A stretch of 59,073 nt of DNA from positions 1 to 59,073 of the IMG/VR virus record IMGVR_UViG_3300034106_001917; one strand, given 5' to 3'. Below the pieces are notes generated by a model. The model was not told the DNA's origin, ran no database searches, and worked only from the letters and a program-made list of their open reading frames with translations. The DNA is from a virus (Duplodnaviria; Caudoviricetes). A program made the position numbers and the translations under genes. Every line of letters begins with the position of its first letter. Position 1 is the stretch's first letter. Positions 28,458 through 38,154 of the stretch are shown here, piece by piece.

Positions 28458-29505
28458 CAAATTGAAGAAGGCATCGACAATCAAAGAAACGTCGGTGCTT
28501 TCTAAATCGAAGTTCTTTACAGAAAAAGATATGATTCAAACTGATGTGCCTATCGTTAATGTGGCACTATCAGGCAATCTAGATGGGGGCTTGACACCAG
28601 GTCTGACGATGTTTGCTGGTCCATCAAAACATTTCAAAACAGCATTTGCTTTATTGATGGCAAAATCATACATGAACAAGTATGATGATGCTGTTGTTTT
28701 GTTTTATGATTCAGAGTTTGGTACACCACAAAGTTACTTTGATGCATTTGGTATTGATACTGAACGTGTGCTTCACACACCAATTACTGATGTTGAACAA
28801 TTGAAACACGACATCATGAATCAGTTACAGAATATTGAAAAGACTGACAAAGTAATTATTGTTCTAGATTCGATTGGTAATCTGGCATCAAAGAAAGAAG
28901 TTGAAGATTCAATCGAAGGTAAATCTGTTGCTGACATGAGCAGAGCAAAACAGATGAAATCATTGTTTCGTATGGTCACACCACATTTGACAATCAAAGA
29001 TATTCCAATGGTTGTTGTCAATCACACATACAAAGAGATTGGTATGTTCCCAAAGGACATCGTTGGTGGTGGCACAGGTTCTTATTACTCAGCAGACACA
29101 ATCTGGATTCTTGGTCGTCAACAAGACAAAGATGGCACAGAGATTGTCGGCTATAACTTTATCATCAATGTAGAAAAAAGTAGATATGTCAGAGAAAAAT
29201 CTAAAATACCTGTTACTGTATCTTTTGGTGGTGGTATTAACAAGTGGTCTGGTCTACTTGATATTGCACTCGAAGGTAATTTCGTATCCAAACCAAGCAA
29301 CGGTTGGTACGCCAAAGTAGATCAAGAAACTGGTGAAGTGCTTGAGAAGAAACGATTCGCAGATACACAAACAGAAGAATTCTGGAAAGATATTCTTGCT
29401 GATGAACGTTTCAAAGAATTCGTAAGGAAGAAATATGAAATCACTTATAGTAGCATTATGGGCGAAACTGAAACCTTGGAAGAAGAAACCGAAGTATCTG
29501 ATTGA
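28444..29505 (+). CDS. uvsX: RecA-like recombinase UvsX
   Basis: AGPSKHFKT, FYDSEFG, DSIGNLAS, VNHTY, GGGTG. Confidence 0.95.
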   Translation: MSVLDKLKKASTIKETSVLSKSKFFTEKDMIQTDVPIVNVALSGNLDGGLTPGLTMFAGPSKHFKTAFALLMAKSYMNKYDDAVVLFYDSEFGTPQSYFDAFGIDTERVLHTPITDVEQLKHDIMNQLQNIEKTDKVIIVLDSIGNLASKKEVEDSIEGKSVADMSRAKQMKSLFRMVTPHLTIKDIPMVVVNHTYKEIGMFPKDIVGGGTGSYYSADTIWILGRQQDKDGTEIVGYNFIINVEKSRYVREKSKIPVTVSFGGGINKWSGLLDIALEGNFVSKPSNGWYAKVDQETGEVLEKKRFADTQTEEFWKDILADERFKEFVRKKYEITYSSIMGETETLEEETEVSD

Positions 29506-29803
29506 CGAAGACTTTCATTTTCTACCGTCTGAAGAAGACAACAAGACAGACATCGGCATACTCAAAGGAAAGTATGCTGGTGTCATCTATCAATATGGCA
29601 AGGCAAGTATAGTTGAAGAAGGTAGTTTTGCTCGACTTGCTTTTGACTACACAATCATAAATCCATCATCTTTTGATATAGATGACTTGCAAAATGATGA
29701 AGAGTTTGTTACAATGATTGGTGACATTCTCACGGAAATACTTTTGGAAAAGCCTGATGAAAAGACTCGAAACTACCATACTGAAGAACTTAATTTTCAA
29801 TGA
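29435..29803 (+). CDS. gp40-like head vertex assembly chaperone
   Basis: Lies between uvsX and gp41 as in T4; GVIYQYG...FDY...IGDIL pattern. Confidence 0.55.
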   Translation: MKSLIVALWAKLKPWKKKPKYLIDEDFHFLPSEEDNKTDIGILKGKYAGVIYQYGKASIVEEGSFARLAFDYTIINPSSFDIDDLQNDEEFVTMIGDILTEILLEKPDEKTRNYHTEELNFQ

Positions 29804-31163
29804 AGACTTCACAAGAAAAATTATTCCCTTCATACAAACAGAATACTTCACAGATCAAACGGAAAAAATTCTGTTTGACGAAATCAACGATCACGTAGAA
29901 CAATTCAATCATCTTCCCACATACGAATCTCTTGTAATTAATTTTACTGAATCACGCAAACTGACTGAAGATCAAATCAGAAAAGCGGTCGAAATGATTC
30001 GTGAAATCAATGCAGATAAAGACAATCCAACTGATGTAGATTGGCTTATCAAGCAAACAGAAAAGTTTTGTCAAGACAAGGCAATCTACAATGCGATCAT
30101 GAAATCTGTCAAGATTCTTGATGACAAAGCAAACAAAGAAGACAAAGGCATGATACCAAAGTTGTTGAGTGACGCACTTGGTGTGTCATTTGACAGGTCT
30201 GTTGGTCACGATTACATTGATGACTCCGATAATCGATTTGAGTTTTATCATCGTCATGAAACAAAGATACCTTTTGACCTTGATCTATTCAATAAGATTA
30301 CCAAAGGCGGTTTACCAAAGAAAACATTGAATATTGCACTTGCTGGTACTGGTGTTGGTAAATCTTTGTTCATGTGTCATGTTGCTGGTTCTTGTTTGGC
30401 ACAAGGTCTGAATGTATTGTATATCACAATGGAGATGGCTGAAGAGAGAATTGCTGAACGAATTGATGCGAATCTTTTGAATATCGATATTGCCGATCTG
30501 AACTCAATTTCTAAGCAAGACTATGATCGAAAGTTCTCGGCACTCAAAGTGAAAACACATGGTAAACTCATCATCAAAGAGTATCCAACAGCAGCGGCAT
30601 CAGCGTTGCATTTTCGAGCATTGTTAAATGAATTGCAACTCAAGAAAAGTTTCAAACCTGACATCATTTTCATTGACTATCTTAACATTTGTGCAAGTGC
30701 TAGAATCAAGCCCGGTGCTAACGTAAATAGTTATTCTTATGTTAAGGCAATTGCAGAAGAATTGCGGGGTCTAGCGGTCGAGTTTGATGTTCCCATAGTA
30801 TCAGCCACACAGACCACTAGAAGCGGCTTCACAAGCTCAGATCCCGGCTTAGAAGACACTTCTGAATCGTTCGGCTTGCCAGCCACAGCAGACTTTATGT
30901 TCGCTTTGATAAGTACCGAAGAGTTGCAACAATTGAATCAGATACTAATTAAGCAACTAAAGAATCGTTACAATGATCCCAACTATTTCAAGCGATTTGT
31001 TGTGGGTATTGACAGAGCCAAAATGAAACTGTATGATGTAGAACAGTCAGCACAAGAAGATTTGGTAGATACCGGTCAAGTTGATGACAAGCCACTGAAC
31101 ACATTTGGTGACCGTGAACGTCAGTCAGGAATGAAAAACAAGTTCGGGGGTTTTAAAGTATAA
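29757..31163 (+). CDS. gp41: Replicative DNA helicase gp41
   Basis: AGTGVGKS, ITMEMAEE, IKEYPT, IDYLNI, SATQTTR, KQLKNRY. Confidence 0.96.
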   Translation: MKRLETTILKNLIFNEDFTRKIIPFIQTEYFTDQTEKILFDEINDHVEQFNHLPTYESLVINFTESRKLTEDQIRKAVEMIREINADKDNPTDVDWLIKQTEKFCQDKAIYNAIMKSVKILDDKANKEDKGMIPKLLSDALGVSFDRSVGHDYIDDSDNRFEFYHRHETKIPFDLDLFNKITKGGLPKKTLNIALAGTGVGKSLFMCHVAGSCLAQGLNVLYITMEMAEERIAERIDANLLNIDIADLNSISKQDYDRKFSALKVKTHGKLIIKEYPTAAASALHFRALLNELQLKKSFKPDIIFIDYLNICASARIKPGANVNSYSYVKAIAEELRGLAVEFDVPIVSATQTTRSGFTSSDPGLEDTSESFGLPATADFMFALISTEELQQLNQILIKQLKNRYNDPNYFKRFVVGIDRAKMKLYDVEQSAQEDLVDTGQVDDKPLNTFGDRERQSGMKNKFGGFKV

Positions 31164-31166
31164 ATA
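31159..31166 (+). promoter_or_regulatory. T4-type late promoter
   Basis: TATAAATA overlapping the gp41 stop, about 20 nt before the next ATG; gp55 is encoded in this window. Confidence 0.75.
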
Positions 31167-31188
31167 CTCTATTATCTAGGGAGTATTG

Positions 31189-32253
31189 ATGGCTTTATCC
31201 ACAGAACAATATTTAAAAATAGGTGAATTTTTTAATTCTATTCTAAAGTCATACAACTATCAAGTTGCACCTCTTGCTCCATCTGGCAAACCGGGCAAGA
31301 TCGTAAAAACTGTACGAGAGTATAGATTGCAACTAATTGATAAAAATAAAGACACATCTGCAAAATTGGTTGACGACTTAGGAAAACTATTAAGATCAGC
31401 ATCTAAAGATATAAGTTCAATACAGTATAATCAAATTTCACCAAACAGTTCAAAATTTCCAAGTTATACTTTTAAGTATGATGGGCAGGGTTTTGATTTA
31501 ATAATTGGAAGAGGTGCAAACAAAGGTGAAAATTTTGAGACAAATACTGTAACTGGATTAGCAAAAGCGTTTGCGACAAGTAAAACCTCTAGTGACTATA
31601 GCAGTGTTATTCAGCAATTAAATGAATCGAATAAAGATTTTGCTTCGGTTGAAATCAAATCTGTAAGCCAAAGAAAAGGTTCAACAAAAAAAGAAGGCGT
31701 GCCAATTGAGAAGTTGGGTGCAATTATTGGAGATATTGTTTTAACAGATACGACAAACAATAACTGGTTTATTTCTTTAAAAGATGTAAACGGAGATACG
31801 TTTAGTTCTTATTCAGGTGCAGCATCCCTTTTTAATGCAACAGGTGAATTGCAACCAAAATCTGCGGGAGCAGAATTTCTAAATGCTTTTGGTGTAGATT
31901 TGAATAAAATTCAAGAAGGTTTTGACATAAGAAACAAGAAAAAAGCGTTAAGAAAAAAAATTAAAGTTGAGAAGGCTAATCCGACAGAAATAAAAAAAAT
32001 CTTTGAACGAGCCTGGGGTATGAATTATTTTTATGTAAGGAAACAAACTCAAGGATGGAAAGTATTTTGGTTGGATAGAAAAAAATTAAATGAATTGACA
32101 AGCAACATTCAAGTTACTGATATTAGATATCCCAATCCCAAATCTAAACAAATAACAATTTATTGTGGAAATAGATTTCAAAGTTATGTTATTGAATTGA
32201 GAAACTCAAAAGCCGGTGAATACCCTAACGACACAAAGTTCAAAGTAAAATGA
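31189..32253 (+). CDS. Hypothetical protein with a possible PD-(D/E)XK-like nuclease core
   Basis: GENFE...GDIVL...FISLK spacing; Lys-rich and AT-rich; SD GGGAG. Confidence 0.55.
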   Translation: MALSTEQYLKIGEFFNSILKSYNYQVAPLAPSGKPGKIVKTVREYRLQLIDKNKDTSAKLVDDLGKLLRSASKDISSIQYNQISPNSSKFPSYTFKYDGQGFDLIIGRGANKGENFETNTVTGLAKAFATSKTSSDYSSVIQQLNESNKDFASVEIKSVSQRKGSTKKEGVPIEKLGAIIGDIVLTDTTNNNWFISLKDVNGDTFSSYSGAASLFNATGELQPKSAGAEFLNAFGVDLNKIQEGFDIRNKKKALRKKIKVEKANPTEIKKIFERAWGMNYFYVRKQTQGWKVFWLDRKKLNELTSNIQVTDIRYPNPKSKQITIYCGNRFQSYVIELRNSKAGEYPNDTKFKVK

Positions 32254-33473
32254 AATTCATGGATTATATAAAAGAGAGTAAAGAAGGCAAGAATGTTCAC
32301 TTAGAACATCTTGAAGATAACGTATTAAATGGTGGTGTTTCAGGTGCCCGTGAGTCAATAGATTTTCTTCGTTCACTACGCAATATGCTTGCTGGTCATA
32401 CGGGTTCGAAAATAAATGTGACTACAAAGTGGGATGGCGCACCCGCTATCTTTGCTGGCACAAATCCAGAAAACGGTAAATTTTTTGTTGGTACAAAATC
32501 AGTGTTTGCAAAAAATGCAAAATTGAATTATACTGATGAAGATATAGATGCAAATCATCCGGGTGAAGGTTTAAACCAAAAACTAAAACTTGCACTTGCA
32601 TTCTTACCTAAGTTAGGCATCAAGGGTGTATTGCAAGGTGACATGATGTTTAGTAAAGGTGACATCAAGAAAGAAACAATTGCTGGTGAAGAATATATTA
32701 TTTTTCAACCAAACACAATTGTATATGCTGTGCCAATAAAATCAAAACTAGCACAGACAATGTTGGCTGCACAAATTGGTGTCGTGTTTCATACATCGTA
32801 TTCTGGTAAAACATTAGAGACAATGAAGGCATCATACAACATTGACATTGGACATTTGAAGCCAACGAAAGATGTTTGGTTTCGTGATGCTTCGTTTACT
32901 GATGCGTCAGGCTCAGTTACATTTACTGAAGAAGAGACAGCAGCAATTACATCTATTCTTTCAAATGCAGGCAGAGTCTTCAATTCAATACCCGCATTGA
33001 CATTGAATCGTATTGCTGCATCGGATGTTTTTCTTACACAAATCAAAACATTCAATAATACAAAAGTTCGTGAAGGTAAAAAGATTGCTGACACCAGAAT
33101 TCATACACAAGAGTTGATAAACTGGGTTGAAGCAAAACTGAATAAAGAAATTCTAGCAGCAAAGAAAGAAGATACAAAACAAAAACGTATCAAAGAAAAA
33201 AATGAAGTCATGCGTTTTTACCGTTCAAATGCAATTCAATTGAAACAAGCATTCGATTTGATGAACCTTATTGTTGATGCCAAGTTAATGATCATTCGTA
33301 AGTTAGAAACCATCAAAAGCATTGGCACATTTGTACGCACAGATGATGGTTTCCGTATTACAGCACCAGAAGGTTTTGTTGCAGTAGATCATCTTGGCAA
33401 AGCATTGAAACTGGTAGATAGATTAGAATTCAGTAGACAAAATTTCAACGCACAGAAAGCATGGGATAAGTAA
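32250..33473 (+). CDS. Conserved T4-like phage protein with ligase-like KxDG motif (DUF6267-like)
   Basis: HLEHLED, TTKWDGAPA, LQGDMMF, PEGFV, KLVDRLEFS; N-terminus MKFMDYIKE. Confidence 0.7.
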   Translation: MKFMDYIKESKEGKNVHLEHLEDNVLNGGVSGARESIDFLRSLRNMLAGHTGSKINVTTKWDGAPAIFAGTNPENGKFFVGTKSVFAKNAKLNYTDEDIDANHPGEGLNQKLKLALAFLPKLGIKGVLQGDMMFSKGDIKKETIAGEEYIIFQPNTIVYAVPIKSKLAQTMLAAQIGVVFHTSYSGKTLETMKASYNIDIGHLKPTKDVWFRDASFTDASGSVTFTEEETAAITSILSNAGRVFNSIPALTLNRIAASDVFLTQIKTFNNTKVREGKKIADTRIHTQELINWVEAKLNKEILAAKKEDTKQKRIKEKNEVMRFYRSNAIQLKQAFDLMNLIVDAKLMIIRKLETIKSIGTFVRTDDGFRITAPEGFVAVDHLGKALKLVDRLEFSRQNFNAQKAWDK

Positions 33474-33745
33474 TGGAATACGATATCAATAAAATTTTAG
33501 CAGAATATGCAGACGATGACTTTGGCTTCAGTGCTGTAGATGAAGTTGAATATCAAGCAGTCATTGCGGAGAAAGATGAAACTGTTGAAGAATACAAAGC
33601 AAGACTTCAGCAAGTAGAAAAAATTATTATGCCATTTCTGACAAATCTGTACAAGACCGCAAGTCAACCATACATCCACTGGCCAAATCGTGGACCAATC
33701 ATTGAGAAGCAAATGCAAAAAGTATTGAAACTGACGAGGGGATAA
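33473..33745 (+). CDS. Hypothetical protein
   Basis: DDFGFSAV...YIHWPNR; coupled by TAATG on both sides. Confidence 0.7.
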   Translation: MEYDINKILAEYADDDFGFSAVDEVEYQAVIAEKDETVEEYKARLQQVEKIIMPFLTNLYKTASQPYIHWPNRGPIIEKQMQKVLKLTRG

Positions 33746-34068
33746 TGATTACTATATCTGATTCTGCCGTAAAGAAAATCAAAACAATTATTGCTGAAGA
33801 AGATCCAGACTTGAAGTTGAGGGTTTTCGTTCAAGGTGGTGGTTGTTCTGGCTTTCAGTACGGTTTTACATTAGAAGAATTGCCAGCAGCAGATGATGAC
33901 TTTACATTTGAAAGAGATGGTGTTGGAGTTGTCATAGATAGTATGAGTATGCAATATATGAATGAAGCCGTGATTGATTATAAAGAAGATTTGATGGGTG
34001 CTTCATTTACAATCAAAAATCCAAACGTAACTGCAACTTGTGGTTGTGGTTCATCATTCACGATATGA
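33745..34068 (+). CDS. A-type Fe-S cluster carrier (ErpA/IscA/HesB family)
   Basis: [29 protein letters not shown]. Confidence 0.95.
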   Translation: MITISDSAVKKIKTIIAEEDPDLKLRVFVQGGGCSGFQYGFTLEELPAADDDFTFERDGVGVVIDSMSMQYMNEAVIDYKEDLMGASFTIKNPNVTATCGCGSSFTI

Positions 34069-34250
34069 AAACATTCAAAGATTACCTCAAGACAAACAAA
34101 GATAGCAGGCAAGAGTTTGTGTCGAAGGCTGGTGCTGGTGAGTGGGGTAGACCAGAAACGACCGCTAAATATCTTGATGACACGCCCGGTCAAAGTCAAC
34201 AACAATATAAAAAATACACAGGAAGCTGGGCAACAACAGACATAAAATAA
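34065..34250 (+). CDS. Small protein with internal-protein-like N-terminus
   Basis: MKTFKDYLK...GAGEWG....YLDDTPGQ; ATGA overlap. Confidence 0.65.
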   Translation: MKTFKDYLKTNKDSRQEFVSKAGAGEWGRPETTAKYLDDTPGQSQQQYKKYTGSWATTDIK

Positions 34251-34265
34251 ATTATTGGAGATATT

Positions 34266-35108
34266 ATGAAAGATGTGATTGTAGGCTGTGCCAACAACTA
34301 TGATTGGTCCAAACTAAAATATTGGGTCAATTCTATCAATCAATCAGGCTTTGAAGGTGACAAAGTTCTGATTCTCATGAACTGTGATAAAGATACCGTA
34401 CAAAAAGTATCTAACGCAGGCTTCTCAATCATTGCATTCAATCAAGACACTGAAGGTAATTTGAAGTATCAATCGAATCTTATGGTTCACGTTGAACGTT
34501 TTGTTCACATTTACAAATTACTCAAAAGCAATGATTATCGGTATGTAATTACTACTGACGTAAGAGATGTTATCTTTCAAAAGAATCCTGTAGAATGGTT
34601 AGAAGAGAATCTTTCAGCACAAGAAGATTTGGTATTCTCTTCTGAGAGTATGAAATATAAAGATGAGCCATGGGGTCGTGAAAATATCACACAATGTTAT
34701 GGTCAAGGCATCTATGATGATTTCAAGAACAACACGATCTTCAATGTGGGTGTTCTTGCTGGTCGAGGTCATGCAATGAGAGACCTGGTGCTACAGTTAT
34801 TTTTGAACTGTATCAACAGACCAATTCCAATTGTAGATCAGGCAGTATTCAACGTAATGGTATCAAGACATCCATATGTGAAAACATCAATGTACATGAA
34901 ATCCGAAGAAGGCTGGGCATGTCAATTAGGCACAACTGCCGATCCAAGTAAGATCGAACAATTCAGACCACATCTTTTAGAACCATCACCGAAATTAGAA
35001 GGTGATAAGGTTGTAACTTCAACAGGAATAGAGTATACTATTGTACATCAGTATGATCGTGTGCCAGAATGGCGTAAAGTGATTGAGGCAAAATATGACG
35101 ACAAATAG
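34266..35108 (+). CDS. Glycosyltransferase-like protein (GT-A)
   Basis: TDVRDVIFQ.NP, NVGV, DQAVFN, VHQYDR. Confidence 0.65.
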   Translation: MKDVIVGCANNYDWSKLKYWVNSINQSGFEGDKVLILMNCDKDTVQKVSNAGFSIIAFNQDTEGNLKYQSNLMVHVERFVHIYKLLKSNDYRYVITTDVRDVIFQKNPVEWLEENLSAQEDLVFSSESMKYKDEPWGRENITQCYGQGIYDDFKNNTIFNVGVLAGRGHAMRDLVLQLFLNCINRPIPIVDQAVFNVMVSRHPYVKTSMYMKSEEGWACQLGTTADPSKIEQFRPHLLEPSPKLEGDKVVTSTGIEYTIVHQYDRVPEWRKVIEAKYDDK

Positions 35109-35775
35109 AATCAAAGAACTATTTTGGGAATTAGAAAAACCATCTACTAAATGGTCAGGCTACTTTGATGTTTATGAAAGACATCTAAAGAAGTTTGTGG
35201 GTAAAGCACCACGCATACTTGAAATTGGTGTACTTGGTGGCGGCTCAATTGAAATGTGGCTGAAATACTTTGGACCAGATACATCAGTTGTTGCCATTGA
35301 CATCAACGAAGAATGTTTGAAATATGAGTATACTGGTGATGTCAAGATTGTGATGGGTGATCAAGGCGACCCAGAGTTTTGGGATGAGTTTCTCAAAACA
35401 CAAAACAAGTTTGACATTGTAATTGATGATGGCTCACATGTAATGAATCATCAAATCACTACACTCAACAAAGTTTTTCCACACATCAAAGAGGGTGGTG
35501 TATACATTTGTGAAGACACTCACACAAGTTATTGGCCACAGCCATGGGGTGGTGTATTTCGTGGTGCTGGCACATTCACCGAACACTGTAAGCGGGCAAC
35601 TGATATAGTCAATCAGCAGCACTTTCAAGGCTCACCAATTTCACAAGATGCACTAGATGCATATCACAATCTGTATTCTGTAGCATTCTACAACAGTATG
35701 GTTGTGATGGAAAAAGAACAACTCAAGCCATTTGGCATCACAGACAACAAAGCAAACGTGGGGCGTGAACTATGA
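35095..35775 (+). CDS. Class I SAM-dependent methyltransferase (sugar O-methyltransferase-like)
   Basis: KW..YF..YERH, LEIGVLGGGS, GDQ, IDDGSH, GGVYICED. Confidence 0.85.
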   Translation: MTTNRIKELFWELEKPSTKWSGYFDVYERHLKKFVGKAPRILEIGVLGGGSIEMWLKYFGPDTSVVAIDINEECLKYEYTGDVKIVMGDQGDPEFWDEFLKTQNKFDIVIDDGSHVMNHQITTLNKVFPHIKEGGVYICEDTHTSYWPQPWGGVFRGAGTFTEHCKRATDIVNQQHFQGSPISQDALDAYHNLYSVAFYNSMVVMEKEQLKPFGITDNKANVGREL

Positions 35776-36485
35776 GAATAGCACTCTGTATCTCTGGCCA
35801 ACCAAGAATGTGGGAAAAAGGCCATGCATATCATTACGAAAATATTATCAAAGATAATGATGTAACTGTCTTTCTGCATTCATGGGAAATGCCCGCTGAA
35901 GAGATGCAAAAGATTTCTTCAAAGTATAATGCATACAGTTTCAAAACATCACCAAATCCTACAGTTGATTTGTCAAAGTATACAAACACACCACCACCAT
36001 CACCAAATTGGAAAGTCAAAGATGGTCGTATGTCAACATATGCTCAGTTGTATGCAATCAGAGAATGCATGAAAACAAAGTATGAATATGAAAAATACTT
36101 TGAAATGAAGTTTGATTGGGTCATTCGTTCACGATTCGACTTTGCTATTAACACTCGTATACCATTTGAAGAACTAGACAATAGTAAGTTGTACATACCA
36201 AACTGTCGCATGACACCAGAACGTGACTTTGGTAATGATCAGTTTGCGTTCTCATCATCCGAAAATATGGACAAGTATGCTGATGCTTACAATCACATTG
36301 ATGAGTTCTACAATTCTGGTGTGCAATACATGATGGAAGATTTCATGAGTGCCAACTGGAAGAGACACAATCTTGTTGGTGAAAATCTTGTATATTGCGA
36401 TGTCAATCATCCGTTTTCACCAGGAGAATATAACAGCACATGGCATTCTCTTTTGAGAAATGATATGGAAGAATGGCTCAAATGA
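35772..36485 (+). CDS. Glycan-modification/GT-like protein
   Basis: MRIALCISGQPR, FLHSW, IRSRFD, NDQFAF pattern, typical of glycan-island proteins. Confidence 0.55.
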   Translation: MRIALCISGQPRMWEKGHAYHYENIIKDNDVTVFLHSWEMPAEEMQKISSKYNAYSFKTSPNPTVDLSKYTNTPPPSPNWKVKDGRMSTYAQLYAIRECMKTKYEYEKYFEMKFDWVIRSRFDFAINTRIPFEELDNSKLYIPNCRMTPERDFGNDQFAFSSSENMDKYADAYNHIDEFYNSGVQYMMEDFMSANWKRHNLVGENLVYCDVNHPFSPGEYNSTWHSLLRNDMEEWLK

Positions 36486-37204
36486 ATCTGATAATCTGTA
36501 TGGCGGGTTACAACACCCGTTTCCATGACGTTGGCTTTGACATACCAAAATATCTTTTGCCTTGGAATGGCAAAACAATCATATACGATATTTTGAAGAA
36601 TCTTGGTTGGGTCAATCAACTTATTCTTGTGGCCAACAAAAGAGACATTTATTTCAAAGAGCAACTTGTTGAAGCAATCAAGCCATTGGGATGGAACGAA
36701 AGTAATATTCTTTATATCGGTGATACAAAAGGTCAAGCACACACAGCAGCGATTGGAATTGAACAACTGAACAACAAGAACTTACCAACATTTGTACACA
36801 ATGCAGATACAATCATCAAGGGTCGTCGTATAGATTTTATTGCCGATGACTTGACCGCAAAGCATGATGCATACATTGATGTGTTTGTGGGTAATTCACC
36901 AAAGTATTCTTATGTTCGTGCATTTGAAAACACGGTAATTGAAATTGTGGAAAAGAAACAAATCTCACCTTATGCATCATCGGGCTTCTATGGTTTTCTA
37001 ACTGGTCATCTTTACCTAGAATATTATAACAAGTTAGCCGAAAAAGATGGTGAATTGTATATTGCAGATGTGATACAAAGTATGATACAATCTAATAAAC
37101 AAGTATTCATGAATCCTCTTGGCAGCAATCAAGAAACGATTGTGCTAGGCAGTCCTCAAGAATACGGTATTGAGATAGCAAGGCAAACACTAGGTGCAAA
37201 ATGA
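36482..37204 (+). CDS. Sugar-phosphate nucleotidyltransferase (NTP transferase family)
   Basis: MAGYNTRF...PKYLL, TKGQAHT, NAD, EKKQIS, ELYIA, LGSP. Confidence 0.82.
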   Translation: MNLIICMAGYNTRFHDVGFDIPKYLLPWNGKTIIYDILKNLGWVNQLILVANKRDIYFKEQLVEAIKPLGWNESNILYIGDTKGQAHTAAIGIEQLNNKNLPTFVHNADTIIKGRRIDFIADDLTAKHDAYIDVFVGNSPKYSYVRAFENTVIEIVEKKQISPYASSGFYGFLTGHLYLEYYNKLAEKDGELYIADVIQSMIQSNKQVFMNPLGSNQETIVLGSPQEYGIEIARQTLGAK

Positions 37205-38154
37205 CAACTATACCATTGAAAGGTGGCTCACTCAGTAAAACTTACTGGCTACCAGATGAGAAGATTGTTCGCAAAGAAATCTCACGTATAAAAAATCGTG
37301 AATATGGTTTCATGCGTTGGTATTCTCAGTTGAAGAAGTTACAAGAATATAACACACTGTATCCTGGTTTGTTTCCTAAAGTTGTAAATGTAGATTCTAC
37401 TAGTGTTGAAGCATGGTTTGATTTGGAATATCTTGAAGGCTTTCGTGATATCAAAAGCATTCTTAGTAAAGACACACTGAGTGAAGAACAAATCTTCAGA
37501 ATGAGTCAAGCAGTCTGGAGAGGACTGAATACACTTCACTCAATCAGAAAAGAACCTATTGCTGGCACACCAAAACTTTATTTTGTTGAAGAGATACAAC
37601 AGAAGATTGAAGATGCCATCAAAATAAAAGAGTTTGAAGATTTCTTCTATTATGGCACTTACCATTTCAATGGTGAAGTTGTTACAGGTATAGGTGGTTA
37701 TCTTCATGTTCTGAAAGAATACTTTGCAGAATTAGAAAATGATGATGAGTGTAACATTCACGGTAATCCTACACTAGAAAATATCATGTATTCATTTAAT
37801 GAAGATCGTGTTGTCTTCATTGACTTATATGATGAGAGTATGTGGAACACCAAGTATCTTGACTATGCACAAGTGTTACAATGTTCTCGTAGTCACTATG
37901 GCTTCATCAACGATCATGATGTTCGTGTAAAAGGAATTGATGTGTCTATTTCTCATGGTGGTGTGGATCACTTTGAGACATTCAACAAACACTTTATCTC
38001 TGAGTTACCAGAAGATAAAATGAAACTCATAGATATACTAGAAGCATCACAGTTCATTCGTATGCTTCCGTTCAAACTGCTTGCTGGTGATATTGATAAA
38101 GCAAAATATTTTTATGTTCATGCATGTAAACTGTTTAGTAAGGCGATGAAATGA
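37201..38154 (+). CDS. Aminoglycoside/choline-kinase-like phosphotransferase
   Basis: GGSLS Gly loop, VRK, LEYLEG, HGNPTLENI, FID. Confidence 0.7.
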   Translation: MTTIPLKGGSLSKTYWLPDEKIVRKEISRIKNREYGFMRWYSQLKKLQEYNTLYPGLFPKVVNVDSTSVEAWFDLEYLEGFRDIKSILSKDTLSEEQIFRMSQAVWRGLNTLHSIRKEPIAGTPKLYFVEEIQQKIEDAIKIKEFEDFFYYGTYHFNGEVVTGIGGYLHVLKEYFAELENDDECNIHGNPTLENIMYSFNEDRVVFIDLYDESMWNTKYLDYAQVLQCSRSHYGFINDHDVRVKGIDVSISHGGVDHFETFNKHFISELPEDKMKLIDILEASQFIRMLPFKLLAGDIDKAKYFYVHACKLFSKAMK

